This document shows positions 17,335 through 26,389 of a DNA stretch of 64,000 bases, one piece after another. The first letter of the stretch is position 1. Each line of letters starts with the position of its first letter. The notes under the pieces are model-generated. The model worked only from the letters and a program-made list of their open reading frames with translations, was not told the DNA's origin and searched no databases. A program made the translations under genes and the position numbers. This stretch comes from Planctomycetaceae bacterium (GTDB lineage Bacteria; Planctomycetota; Planctomycetia; Planctomycetales; Planctomycetaceae), in contig JANRLN010000412.1 of assembly GCA_033762515.1 (NCBI GenBank), positions 3,719-67,718 on the forward strand, written 5' to 3'.

Positions 17335-20022
17335 CTACTTCTTTCCATCGCTGACGAACAGATCCATCCGTGCTCGGCTGCCGGGCCAGGTGAGTTGTTC
17401 GTTCCCGATCTCGCGGGTCTCCGAGCCGCGAAGATCGCGGATGTGAATCTTATGGTTCGATTGATACACGCTGGCGCCGTAGATGAGCGACATTGCCGAG
17501 TCGCGGTTCTCGAAGATCGGACGGTTGGCGGGAATCTCACCGATCGGGTAGATGAATCCGCCGAGGATTTCAGTCTGGGCTCCCTTTTCCGCCAGCCATT
17601 TCTGACTTTCGTACTCGGTCTTGAAACCGAGAGACCAGATGGTCGCTCCCTGGCTGTGGATGCAGGGGCCGGCGGAGTGGCTTTCCGGGTTCCATTGGCG
17701 GACCCAGACCTGTTGCGGATGGTCGAAGTGCCAATCGGCTCCGCCGACATCTTCGGCGAAGAGTCTGCCTCCGGCTCGTCCCGTGCTGTAGCGACCCGGG
17801 GAACTGCTGCGGAGAACAAGCGTCGCGGGAGATTCGTGGCGGATGTGCTGGCATCCAAGGCGGTCCAGCACCAGCACGTGGTCGGGGTTCATCTCGTCGT
17901 AGATCAGCAACGGGGGCGGTGCGGCGTCAGGGTCGGTCTGTTCGAACTTGCCTGGGTTTTTCCAGACCGACTCATGCCAGTTGATTTCTCCACCGAGGCC
18001 GACGATTCGTTCCAACGGTGCGTGCAGACGAATTGATGTGTGAAACTCGAATCGTTCGTTGCGGGGGAAATAAAGGACCTTCGCGCCGCTCTCGATGGCC
18101 GCCTGCACGGCTGGAGACCAGTCGCTCCCCTGCTTGTGCCGAGCGAATCCGGCGACGTTGACCCATTCGCTCACGGGAAAGACGAGAGGTTCGGGGGTCT
18201 CCTCAATTGTCAGCTTGAGCGCACCCGGCGCCTTGCCGAAACCATGGACGATTCGATCCCCGACGTACTCTTGAAAATCGGGTCCCGCCACAGTTTGCTC
18301 GGTCGACTGCTTCGTCTCTCGATCAAGGATCTTCTTGACGAGAGCCCGCCCATAGCCTGCGGTCGCCACCCGCAGGCAGTAGAGCCCGCCATCGGCTCGT
18401 ATCGCTGGTTGGTCGTCGGCTCCACCCGCGAGTTGCGAATCGAGGAGCACGATCATCGAATTCGCTCCGTCGCTCACAATCGCTGGGACGCTATTGACGC
18501 TCTTCAATCCGCGAATGGCGAGGATATTTCCCTGGTTGCGAATTCCGGCGACCTTTTGCCCCTTGAGCGTCAGATGCTCGAACGTGTGGCTGTACTCCTG
18601 GTAGCGAATCCCCACACCAATGTCGAATCCTTCGACGGTGACGTGCTTGACCAATGCCGGGCCGACGTCGTGATGGGTCAGGTCGAGTCCGATGACACCG
18701 GCGCCGTCCCCCGATTTGAGAACCACGTTTTCTAACCGGCCGAGGTTGTTCGAGTGATATTCCAGCGCCTTGGCGCCGGGGTTTCCCTTGCCGGTGTCGA
18801 TCGTGAGGCCGTCGAGATAGATCGAAATGCTGCTGCCGTTCACCCAAGGGTGCGAACCTGGAGCGCCGGCGGTGGAACTCATGCGCAGCACCGGTTCGGG
18901 TGTCTCAGCGTTGGTGAAGGTGCCGTCTTTGAGCCGCAGCACGGTTTTGCCGGGACCGGCGCCTTTCACGTCGATGAACCGCGAACAGTGCAATCGACCG
19001 GAGATGAGATATTCGCCCGGCGGAATGACCAGTGTGTTGTAGGCGAGGGGGACTTTGCTTGCGAGGTGGGCGAAAGCCGCGTTGAAAGCCGCGGTGTCAT
19101 CGGTCGTTCCGTCTCCCGCGGCTCCGAAGTGTTCCTTCACGTCGAAACAACCGGCGTCCTTCGGGACGATCCGTTGGTCAGAAGCGAACGACACACCCTC
19201 GATCGCGTCGGCTCGCGCCCGCAGAAATTGGGCGGGTCCCAGCGCGCCTCGGGACAAGCGGACTTCGTCGATCAGCCCTGCAGTTCCCCAATGATCGGGA
19301 CGTCCGCCGATTAAGAACTCGCCATCATCCCACTTTGGAGGATGCTCGAGACTGATCACATGGGAAAGATGGTAGTCGACCCAGCAGGTGACCGTTTTCG
19401 CGTGCGAATCGTAAACGATGGCGACGTGCCGCCAGCGAGGATCTTCCCCAATCAATCGCGATGTGGACAAATAGTGTCCGGTTGGAAAGCGATTGGCTCC
19501 GGCATCGGGGCCGCGGTAGTGGCCGCCGTGAAACGTGACGCCGTGGTTGGCAAGATGATGCCACTCAAGGAAGATCTCGGAGCCTGCTTTGCTCTTCGCG
19601 GATTTTCCGACGATCAAGGCATTCCCTCGAGCCTCGGGATCGGGTTTCACGAAGGCCTCGATCGAAAGGCTGCCGCTCCTCAGACCGAGCTCGGTGAAAT
19701 CCAAGGGGGTGACGAGCGCATCGCTGGTCTGAGCGGCTCCGTGGAAAACGGCGCTGGCATGATTGGCCCGCGACGTTTTCGATAAAGGGTCGTAGACGAA
19801 CGCACCCGGAACTTCATCCGAATACGTCTTAACTGGCTCGCCAGCGCGTCGAGCCTGCACAATCGCTCGCCCCTCGGAGCTGTCGGTCCTCTCAAACGTC
19901 CAGCGAACGAGAGCTTCGGGGGATTCCTGCGCTTGGCCGAGCGCCGCCGACATCAATTGGGCGGCGAGGATCGTTAGCCGAAGATTCATGGCAAATCGAA
20001 ACCATTGAATTGGCATCATCAC
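17335..20022 (-). CDS. secreted LamG/ConA-like lectin domain + pectate-lyase-superfamily (right-handed beta-helix) protein
   Basis: The signal peptide region includes MNLRLTILAAQLMSAALGQA. LamG-like: LSIEAFVKPD...WRHVAIVYD...GLIDEVRLSRGAL. Beta-helix N-cap: FDVKEHFGAAGDGTTDDTAAFNAAFAHLA. Confidence 0.8.
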   Translation of the reverse strand: MMMPIQWFRFAMNLRLTILAAQLMSAALGQAQESPEALVRWTFERTDSSEGRAIVQARRAGEPVKTYSDEVPGAFVYDPLSKTSRANHASAVFHGAAQTSDALVTPLDFTELGLRSGSLSIEAFVKPDPEARGNALIVGKSAKSKAGSEIFLEWHHLANHGVTFHGGHYRGPDAGANRFPTGHYLSTSRLIGEDPRWRHVAIVYDSHAKTVTCWVDYHLSHVISLEHPPKWDDGEFLIGGRPDHWGTAGLIDEVRLSRGALGPAQFLRARADAIEGVSFASDQRIVPKDAGCFDVKEHFGAAGDGTTDDTAAFNAAFAHLASKVPLAYNTLVIPPGEYLISGRLHCSRFIDVKGAGPGKTVLRLKDGTFTNAETPEPVLRMSSTAGAPGSHPWVNGSSISIYLDGLTIDTGKGNPGAKALEYHSNNLGRLENVVLKSGDGAGVIGLDLTHHDVGPALVKHVTVEGFDIGVGIRYQEYSHTFEHLTLKGQKVAGIRNQGNILAIRGLKSVNSVPAIVSDGANSMIVLLDSQLAGGADDQPAIRADGGLYCLRVATAGYGRALVKKILDRETKQSTEQTVAGPDFQEYVGDRIVHGFGKAPGALKLTIEETPEPLVFPVSEWVNVAGFARHKQGSDWSPAVQAAIESGAKVLYFPRNERFEFHTSIRLHAPLERIVGLGGEINWHESVWKNPGKFEQTDPDAAPPPLLIYDEMNPDHVLVLDRLGCQHIRHESPATLVLRSSSPGRYSTGRAGGRLFAEDVGGADWHFDHPQQVWVRQWNPESHSAGPCIHSQGATIWSLGFKTEYESQKWLAEKGAQTEILGGFIYPIGEIPANRPIFENRDSAMSLIYGASVYQSNHKIHIRDLRGSETREIGNEQLTWPGSRARMDLFVSDGKK

Positions 20023-20472
20023 GTCCTTCGTTGGTGAGGATCAAGGGATTGATCAGGCCGGAGATTCCGCCCCGGGAATTATTGCACGACCTGTGCTTTT
20101 GCCCACCCCTGGAGTGCCCCAATTTCTGATCGAAGCGACCAAGGGCTCGGTCCTTCCGGGAGCGTCGAATCCGTTTCCGTCAGCATCTTGAGGAACACCT
20201 CAGGCTGACGACTCGCGTTTTCGACATTGGATGCCACTTGTCAGGTTCCGCGAGTTCGTCAGTTGTGGACGTCCGTGCAACAAATTTCCGTCACTTTGGA
20301 TTTTCCTCACTCCTGGAGGTGCAACGCAACCTAGGTTCACTGTTGACGTGCATCGCCTGTCGCCGGATGAGTGTCGAGTCGGTTTTCGCTCGCGGGTTGG
20401 CGTTTCCGACGGCGTGATGTTGATTTTCGCGACCATCGCTTCCAGTGCAGAACGGTTGTTTGAGCGTAAAGC

Positions 20473-21447
20473 ATGGGAAAAATCCTCTCCGAACAACGAA
20501 GCGACCTGGCGGATCGGACCGCCGATGCGGTCGTTTCCTCGAAAACACCGCTCAGACAGCTACTTAGCAGCTGGTCGGAGGCATCCACACCCTATCGACT
20601 CGTGCAGGACGCTGACGGCATCGTCACCGGAATTGTTGATTTGCAGTACGTGCAGCAGTTGCTGGAGAGCGAGAATCTGGTCGAACGCCGTCGCTGGGAG
20701 CGTATGACAGTCGGCTCAGTTGCTGACGCCGTGTTTGCCTACGGAGAGCAGCAGTGTGAAGCCCCCGTGGCCGCGCCGAACCTGCAAACCAAGCCGGGAC
20801 AGTTCATTCACGATGCCGCCGGTCGCATCGCCCTCATGTCGAACGGGGAGATGTATGTCAACTGGAGCCGTGTTTCGGCTGCGCTGAAAGCCTGCCATAT
20901 TGATCCGGTCACGCAGTTGCCCACGCGGTCTTCGTTCAACCGGCGAATGCAGGAGGAACTGGATCGCGCGGCTCGTTTAAACCAGTCGTTGGCGGTGATG
21001 CTGATCGATCTGGACCACCTGAAACAAATCAACGACCAGTATGGACATTCCGCCGGAGATGCCACACTGAGGCTGGTCGCCGACAGCCTGCGGGAAGGGA
21101 TTCGGTCTTACGATTTCATCGCCCGCTATGGCGGCGACGAATTCGCCGGAACCTGTTTCGACTGCAAGCCGCAAGACATCCTGCTGCCGATTGAGCGGAT
21201 CCGGCGAGTTCTCGCGGAACAGCGGATTCCAAACGTCGACGCCGACTTGCGGATCAGCGTCTCAATTGGGATTGCCGCCCTGCACAATGTCGCGGAGCAG
21301 TGCGTGCCCGAACTGCTGCTGGAACACGCCGACGAGTGCCTGTATCTCGCGAAGCGTTCCGGTCGATCGACGTCCTTCGTCGTCGAACTGGATTCTTTCG
21401 GCATTCCGATTACCGCGCCGCGCGAAATCCAGGTGGATCGGGGATAG
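20473..21447 (+). CDS. diguanylate cyclase (GGDEF domain) with N-terminal sensor region
   Basis: Motifs: DPVTQLPTRSSFNRRMQEEL, AVMLIDLDHLKQINDQYGHSAGD, active site RYGGDEFAG. An RxxD I-site (RSYD) sits five residues upstream of the active site. Confidence 0.85.
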   Translation: MGKILSEQRSDLADRTADAVVSSKTPLRQLLSSWSEASTPYRLVQDADGIVTGIVDLQYVQQLLESENLVERRRWERMTVGSVADAVFAYGEQQCEAPVAAPNLQTKPGQFIHDAAGRIALMSNGEMYVNWSRVSAALKACHIDPVTQLPTRSSFNRRMQEELDRAARLNQSLAVMLIDLDHLKQINDQYGHSAGDATLRLVADSLREGIRSYDFIARYGGDEFAGTCFDCKPQDILLPIERIRRVLAEQRIPNVDADLRISVSIGIAALHNVAEQCVPELLLEHADECLYLAKRSGRSTSFVVELDSFGIPITAPREIQVDRG

Positions 21448-21586
21448 CGGGTCGGAGACTCATCGCCTGAAGAATCCGCTGGAAAGTTTGCCCGGCGATC
21501 AGCGGTGCGAGATCGCCGCCGCCACGTCATTCGGAGCATCGCCGGGATCCGTCGGGGATCACCGCGAAACGGAATTGCCGCCAATC

Positions 21587-22852
21587 ATGCTGTTCAAGAG
21601 CATTGCCAACTCTGCGCCGGGAACTCTGGAAGCCGGTCCGCAGCCGCGCGAGTTGGGGGCCGCCGTGGGGTTGGCCCGACAACCGATTTACCACGCCGAT
21701 CAAAGCGTGTTCGGTTACGAATTGTTGTATCGGGACTTCGGCGGCGAGGTCAGCGGCCTGCAGAAGACGTCATCCCTGCTGCATACCGTCTTCCTGGACA
21801 TGTCGATCAGCACGATCGCAGGTGACAATCAAGTCTTCGTTAATTTTGATGCTGAGTGTCTCGCGGCGGGACTTACCGACTCCTTGCCGCCGGAACGATG
21901 CGTGATCGAGCTCTTGGAGACGGTGCCGGTCGACGATGACGTACGCGCGGCGGTTTTCGATCTGCGGCAGCGCGGCTTCCGCATTGCACTGGATGACTGG
22001 CGACCGGACGATCATCGCGCGGAACTGCTGGAGTCCGCCAGTTTCGTGAAGCTCGATTGGCCCTTGTTCTCTCGCTCACAGCTGACAGACACGGTTCGTG
22101 AGCTGCGGCGGCCGGGACTGGAACTTCTCGCCGAAAAGATCGAACGGGACGATGAGTTTGCATTCGCCAGATCGTTGGGGATTCATCTGTTCCAGGGTTA
22201 TCTCTTTGCTCGTCCTTTGCGGATCGAAGGTCGACGCATTCCGGTTTGGATGCGCATCTGCGTTCAACTGATGAAGCTCACCAGCGGCGATGAGTTTGAC
22301 GTTGGGAGCTGCGTCAAGCTCATTGAGCAGGATCCGATGCTCTGCCAAAAGCTGCTGAAATTCGCAAATTCGACGAGCATGGGGCTGCGGCAGGAGGTGC
22401 AGTCAATTCGCATGGCCGTCTCCTATCTGGGACGCAAGGGGGTGCGGAGACTGGTCTCGCAAGTCCTCGGCGTCGGCACCAGTCAGCGACCAGCGCCAGA
22501 AATGACTCAAGTCTTGCTGCACGCCAAGTTCAGCGAAATTCTGAGTCAACAGGCCGGTGCTGATGCCGACGCGGGTTTCCTGGCCGGTTTGCTGCGGGGA
22601 TTGCACGAAAACCTCGATCTGCCGATGCCGCAGTTACTGCAAGATCTCGCAGTTGGTTCCGTGCTGCGCGAGGCGCTATTGACCGGAGGCGGTCTCCTCG
22701 GGGATGTGCTGCACACCGTCGCTCAATACGACGTCTCGGAAGGCCCGGCGCCTGCCGCATCGCATGCCAAATTGACGCTGCCCGGGGTATCGCAGGCGTT
22801 TCTCCATGCCTGTCAATGGACCGACGAACTACTGAGTTCCGCCGGTCAATGA
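21587..22852 (+). CDS. EAL + HDOD domain protein (YuxH/COG3434-like c-di-GMP phosphodiesterase family)
   Basis: Start taken at ATG 21587 (MLFKSIAN). EAL motifs: QPIYHADQSVFGYELLYR, VFVNFD, VIELLE, RIALDDW, FVKLD, LAEKIE, FQGYLFARP. HDOD-like half: LIEQDPMLCQKLLKFANSTSMGLRQEVQSIRMAVSYLGRKGVRRLV. The ORF-track start 21128 overlaps the GGDEF gene. Confidence 0.8.
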   Translation: MLFKSIANSAPGTLEAGPQPRELGAAVGLARQPIYHADQSVFGYELLYRDFGGEVSGLQKTSSLLHTVFLDMSISTIAGDNQVFVNFDAECLAAGLTDSLPPERCVIELLETVPVDDDVRAAVFDLRQRGFRIALDDWRPDDHRAELLESASFVKLDWPLFSRSQLTDTVRELRRPGLELLAEKIERDDEFAFARSLGIHLFQGYLFARPLRIEGRRIPVWMRICVQLMKLTSGDEFDVGSCVKLIEQDPMLCQKLLKFANSTSMGLRQEVQSIRMAVSYLGRKGVRRLVSQVLGVGTSQRPAPEMTQVLLHAKFSEILSQQAGADADAGFLAGLLRGLHENLDLPMPQLLQDLAVGSVLREALLTGGGLLGDVLHTVAQYDVSEGPAPAASHAKLTLPGVSQAFLHACQWTDELLSSAGQ

Positions 22853-24282
22853 TTTCCGCGACCGGCCCCGTGGTATTTGCGGAATGCCGACAGGCTCTGA
22901 AGGTAGAGGCCTCCGCCGCACACCGCCGCCGTGATCATCAAGGGTTCCAAGACGCAGCGATATCGATACAGCGGAATCTCCAAAGCGGCCGTCAAGCCCG
23001 TACTCGTCGACAGGATGAGAGCCAATCCCACTCCGAAAGGACGCGTCTCGCGTCGCGTCCACAGCAACAGGACTCCCAGCCACGCGGCGACCGACATCGC
23101 GACGGATGTCACATACCAGCGTTCGGGCGTGCGTCTCAACAGGGAAAGCACGCGCGGCTGCAGGGTCGGACACGACCAGCGGAATTGATTTGCATAGAAG
23201 CCGTTTGCGCGTTCGGGGAGGGGATCTTGCGTCGTCTCCACTTCCCATTCCCAGCAGTACCAGAATGTGATGCAACGCGCGAGGGTGCGGAAGGCCGCGC
23301 GGCCTGGTTGGGCAGCTATGGCCTGCCACGCCACCCGTTCCATGAGCGCATCGGTCTGGGCATCATTCAGTCCCGAATCCGTCAACGCCCCTGAGACAGA
23401 CCATTGATGACGCCAGTCGAGCGCCCTGGTCCCGACTCGTTCGTAGACTTCGCCTGCCGCTCCGCTGCGCGGAAGGGCGAGACCGCCTCCTGGCCAGGGG
23501 CTGAAATGTGCGGTCCACAATTCCCGACCAGTGAATGCACAGAGCGTCATGCGGTCGAAGAGCAGTTGATTGCGTAAACACCACGGAAGCAACACACCGC
23601 CCAGGACCAGCGGTCCGGCGGCTAATAATGTTGCGCGGCGCCACGGTGATCCAACTGTGCTTTGAGACAACCACAGACCTGCGAATACCAATGCCGGGAA
23701 AGCCGCGATCACGGAGGGGCGCACGAGCACACCCATTCCGAGCACGAAGCCCGCAAGAGCCAGGCGTTTCCAGCAGCCGCATTGGCACGCCAGCGAAATC
23801 AGCAGCAATGCCAGCGTCAACAACAGCGTTGCCAGCGATTCCGTCAGCAACCAGTTGGCATAGAGCGGCCGAGCCGTCGATCCCGCGCACATTCCCCAGG
23901 CCAGCAACGTCCACCCGCGTGAACGGCTGATTGACCACGCCAACGCCGCTGTTGCCACCGACGTCAGGACGATACACAAGTGCTGTCCCGCGACCGCGGC
24001 GATCAAGCCGTGTGTTCCAAATGCTTCGCGGCAGAGTCCCAAATACCAGGGATAGCCCGGAGTCCGAAAGGCCACCGGATCATTCGCCAGCCACCAGTCT
24101 CCGGCGGCGACCTCTCCTCCCATCCGCCAGTAGAGCGTAGAATCGCCCCAGGGCTGCGCCTGACCGACTGCGAACAGGGCCGCGTGCTTGACGAGATCCA
24201 AGAGCAAAATGGCGGCCGCGGCCCATTTCCATCGCGCTGTCCATCTCGGGAGACTGGCCGACGCGCCGCACGCCGAGGTCAT
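22846..24282 (-). CDS. polytopic membrane protein, tentatively GT-C fold glycosyltransferase (ArnT/PMT-like)
   Basis: Start placed at ATG 24282 (MTSACGAS...), which forms an ATGA overlap with the rhodanese stop. There are more than 10 hydrophobic helices. The first-loop motif WGDSTLYW and the overall layout resemble ArnT/PMT_2 enzymes. The family call is tentative. Confidence 0.55.
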   Translation of the reverse strand: MTSACGASASLPRWTARWKWAAAAILLLDLVKHAALFAVGQAQPWGDSTLYWRMGGEVAAGDWWLANDPVAFRTPGYPWYLGLCREAFGTHGLIAAVAGQHLCIVLTSVATAALAWSISRSRGWTLLAWGMCAGSTARPLYANWLLTESLATLLLTLALLLISLACQCGCWKRLALAGFVLGMGVLVRPSVIAAFPALVFAGLWLSQSTVGSPWRRATLLAAGPLVLGGVLLPWCLRNQLLFDRMTLCAFTGRELWTAHFSPWPGGGLALPRSGAAGEVYERVGTRALDWRHQWSVSGALTDSGLNDAQTDALMERVAWQAIAAQPGRAAFRTLARCITFWYCWEWEVETTQDPLPERANGFYANQFRWSCPTLQPRVLSLLRRTPERWYVTSVAMSVAAWLGVLLLWTRRETRPFGVGLALILSTSTGLTAALEIPLYRYRCVLEPLMITAAVCGGGLYLQSLSAFRKYHGAGRGNH

Positions 24283-24674
24283 GGGGCGGCTTTCTCGAAG
24301 CCGGCATCCAGAAGCGCTTTGTAACCCGGCTTCAGTGCGCGGACCTCGTACCCCGCCCGCTTCAGGCGCTCCGCGGTTTCGAGGCAGCGAAATCCCGCCG
24401 CACAATGGGCGTAGATGACCTTGTCGGGCGTGAGAATTTTGGCCAGCTCTTCGCTGGGAATTCCCTTGCGCAGGCGACTGAGCGACAGCAGGCGGGCCCC
24501 TTTCAGGTGACCCTCCTCCCATTCCGACAGTTCGCGGACGTCAACTAAGATCGCTTCTCCGGAGGTGAGGCGTTCCTTCACGGTCTCCAGGGAGTCCGAG
24601 GTGTGTTCCGCCGCGCGTAACGGGGCGATGTTTACCGAGAGCGCCAGGGCGCCTAAGACCAGCAGCAGACGCAT
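24279..24674 (-). CDS. secreted single-domain rhodanese (sulfurtransferase-like)
   Basis: Signal peptide MRLLLVLGALALSVNIAPLRA. Rhodanese motif ILVDVRELSEWEEGHLKGA. Active-site loop HCAAGFRC. Confidence 0.85.
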   Translation of the reverse strand: MRLLLVLGALALSVNIAPLRAAEHTSDSLETVKERLTSGEAILVDVRELSEWEEGHLKGARLLSLSRLRKGIPSEELAKILTPDKVIYAHCAAGFRCLETAERLKRAGYEVRALKPGYKALLDAGFEKAAP

Positions 24675-24885
24675 GTTGAGATCTCGTCACACGTGGGTTT
24701 GCGAACATGAATGAGTTTAGGCATCCTCTTGCGGAGTGTCGATCCTGAAGCTGCAGCACGGCCGACCCTGGGTTTGCCGAGGCGATTCCGGGCTAGGCCG
24801 ATGTGCGTCGGGCGTCTATACTTTCGGTTGGCAGATTCTGCCGGTTCCGGAGGGGCTGGTGCGGGCAAGGAAGGATTCGCGAATC

Positions 24886-25317
24886 ATGGGCCGGTGTCTG
24901 GCCATGCTGGCGTTGCTCGCTATCGGGGGCTGCATTGGTCCCGAAGAGACACGGTTTCTGTCGCTGTACCAGCGGGACCCGGATGTCGAATCTCGTGCAT
25001 ACGACTATCACGATCCGTTTCCCGATGAGAGTGCGGGACCTGAAACGTTCACCCGCCCGCGGACGTTCATTGACCCCAGGACCGACACGCGCAAGAACGT
25101 CGAACTTCGGTTTCTGCAAGCCATGCATCCCTCAGCGGGACGTCCGCAACTCGCCGGGATCCCCGTCGTTCGCGGACCGGCCCGGATGGGGCCCGGCGGA
25201 ATTCCTATTCCCACAACCTCTCCCGTCGCCAATTACCCTTATCCGCCGGGCAGCGTTCCGGCAACCGCCGTCAATGTTACCCCGTGGAGCGGCGTGCAGG
25301 TTCTCCCGGCCTATTGA
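24886..25317 (+). CDS. small lipoprotein, Pro-rich (hypothetical)
   Basis: ATG 24886 gives MGRCLAMLALLAIGGC, with a lipobox ending in Cys. The C-terminal half is Pro-rich. The ORF-track start 24736 adds a non-signal extension. Confidence 0.55.
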   Translation: MGRCLAMLALLAIGGCIGPEETRFLSLYQRDPDVESRAYDYHDPFPDESAGPETFTRPRTFIDPRTDTRKNVELRFLQAMHPSAGRPQLAGIPVVRGPARMGPGGIPIPTTSPVANYPYPPGSVPATAVNVTPWSGVQVLPAY

Positions 25318-26389
25318 TGGCGGCCTGAGGCGCTGGTTGTCTCTCGCTGCAGTCTTCTGCGCCGCCTTCCTCTCGAATCGGAATCTCCCGGCCCAGGAAA
25401 AGCTGCCAAGTCCCGGGCAGCCTGGCATCGAGGCCAGCGGCCAAAAGCTGATCACCGCGGGAACGCAGCGCAGCATCGACAACGGTCTGGCATTTCTCGC
25501 CGCGCGGCAGCACCCCGATGGTTCATTTGGGTCGGGCAGCGTTTATCGCCGCAACGTCGCCGTGACGGCTCTGGGAGGGATGGCGTTCCTCTCGGCCGGG
25601 CACACGCCCGGGAGAGGGAAGTACGGTGAGCACGTCCAGCGCGCCGTCGATTTTCTGCTGAGTTCCGCGGAACCTTCGGGCTACATCATTCGTCCGGACA
25701 GCGCCGCACACGGGCCGATGTATGGGCATGGTTTCGCCACCCTGTTCCTGGCCGAAGTTTACGGGATGACCGCCGACGACAAAGTGCGCGTCGCCCTGAA
25801 ATCTGCTGTGCAGCTGATCGTCAATTCGCAAAACAAAGACGGTGGCTGGCGGTATGAGCCGGACGGAAAAGACGCGGATATCTCGGTCACCGTTTGTCAG
25901 ATCATGGCCCTGAGGGCGGCGCGCAACAGCGGAATCGCGGTTCCCAAGGGGACCATCGATCTCTGCGTTGAATATGTTCGCAAGGCGCAGAACGTGGATG
26001 GCGGCTACCGATATCAGTCGGGACAGGCGCCCCTGAGCGCGTTTCCCCGATCGGCCGCCGCCATCGTGGCTCTTTACAGCGCCGGGATCTACGAAGGTCG
26101 CGAGTTGGAACGCGGCCTGCAGTACATCCAACGCTCAACGCCGGAGGGAGATCTGCGGCAATATGAGCCTCACTATTACTATGGTCACTACTATGCCGTA
26201 CAAGCCATGTGGCATGCCGGAGGGCAGTATTGGAACAACTGGTATCCGGCGATCCGCGACGAATTGATCGCCCGCCAGTTGCCCGACGGCAGTTGGCCCG
26301 ACTCGCTGGTAAACAACGAATACGGCACCGCCATGGGTTGCCTGATCTTGCAGATGCCCAACAACTATTTGCCGATTTTTCAGCGATGA
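25274..26389 (+). CDS. prenyltransferase/squalene-oxidase-repeat (terpenoid cyclase-like alpha/alpha toroid) secreted protein
   Basis: Repeated units: AARQHPDGSFGS, NSQNKDGGWRYE, KAQNVDGGYRYQ, ARQLPDGSWPD. Start is tentatively ATG 25274 (MLPRGAACRFSRPIDGGLRRWLSLAAVFCAAFL, signal-like), overlapping the upstream gene by 44 nt. The ORF-track start 24803 is unlikely. Confidence 0.7.
   Translation: MLPRGAACRFSRPIDGGLRRWLSLAAVFCAAFLSNRNLPAQEKLPSPGQPGIEASGQKLITAGTQRSIDNGLAFLAARQHPDGSFGSGSVYRRNVAVTALGGMAFLSAGHTPGRGKYGEHVQRAVDFLLSSAEPSGYIIRPDSAAHGPMYGHGFATLFLAEVYGMTADDKVRVALKSAVQLIVNSQNKDGGWRYEPDGKDADISVTVCQIMALRAARNSGIAVPKGTIDLCVEYVRKAQNVDGGYRYQSGQAPLSAFPRSAAAIVALYSAGIYEGRELERGLQYIQRSTPEGDLRQYEPHYYYGHYYAVQAMWHAGGQYWNNWYPAIRDELIARQLPDGSWPDSLVNNEYGTAMGCLILQMPNNYLPIFQR

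Noticed and set aside
16267-18036. 219-aa and 367-aa plus-strand ORFs
   Set aside because: They lie antisense to ispH and to the 3' part of the LamG/beta-helix gene. No motifs are present.
20160-20190. tRNA-like T-arm (GCGTCGAATCCG) in the 20023-20472 intergenic region
   Set aside because: The T-loop consensus GTTCGAATC is not met because one T is missing, and no acceptor or anticodon stems can be drawn around it.
21128-21586. N-terminal 153 codons of the 574-aa ORF-track entry
   Set aside because: They overlap the 3' end of the GGDEF gene in another frame and are not protein-like. The EAL domain begins right after ATG 21587.
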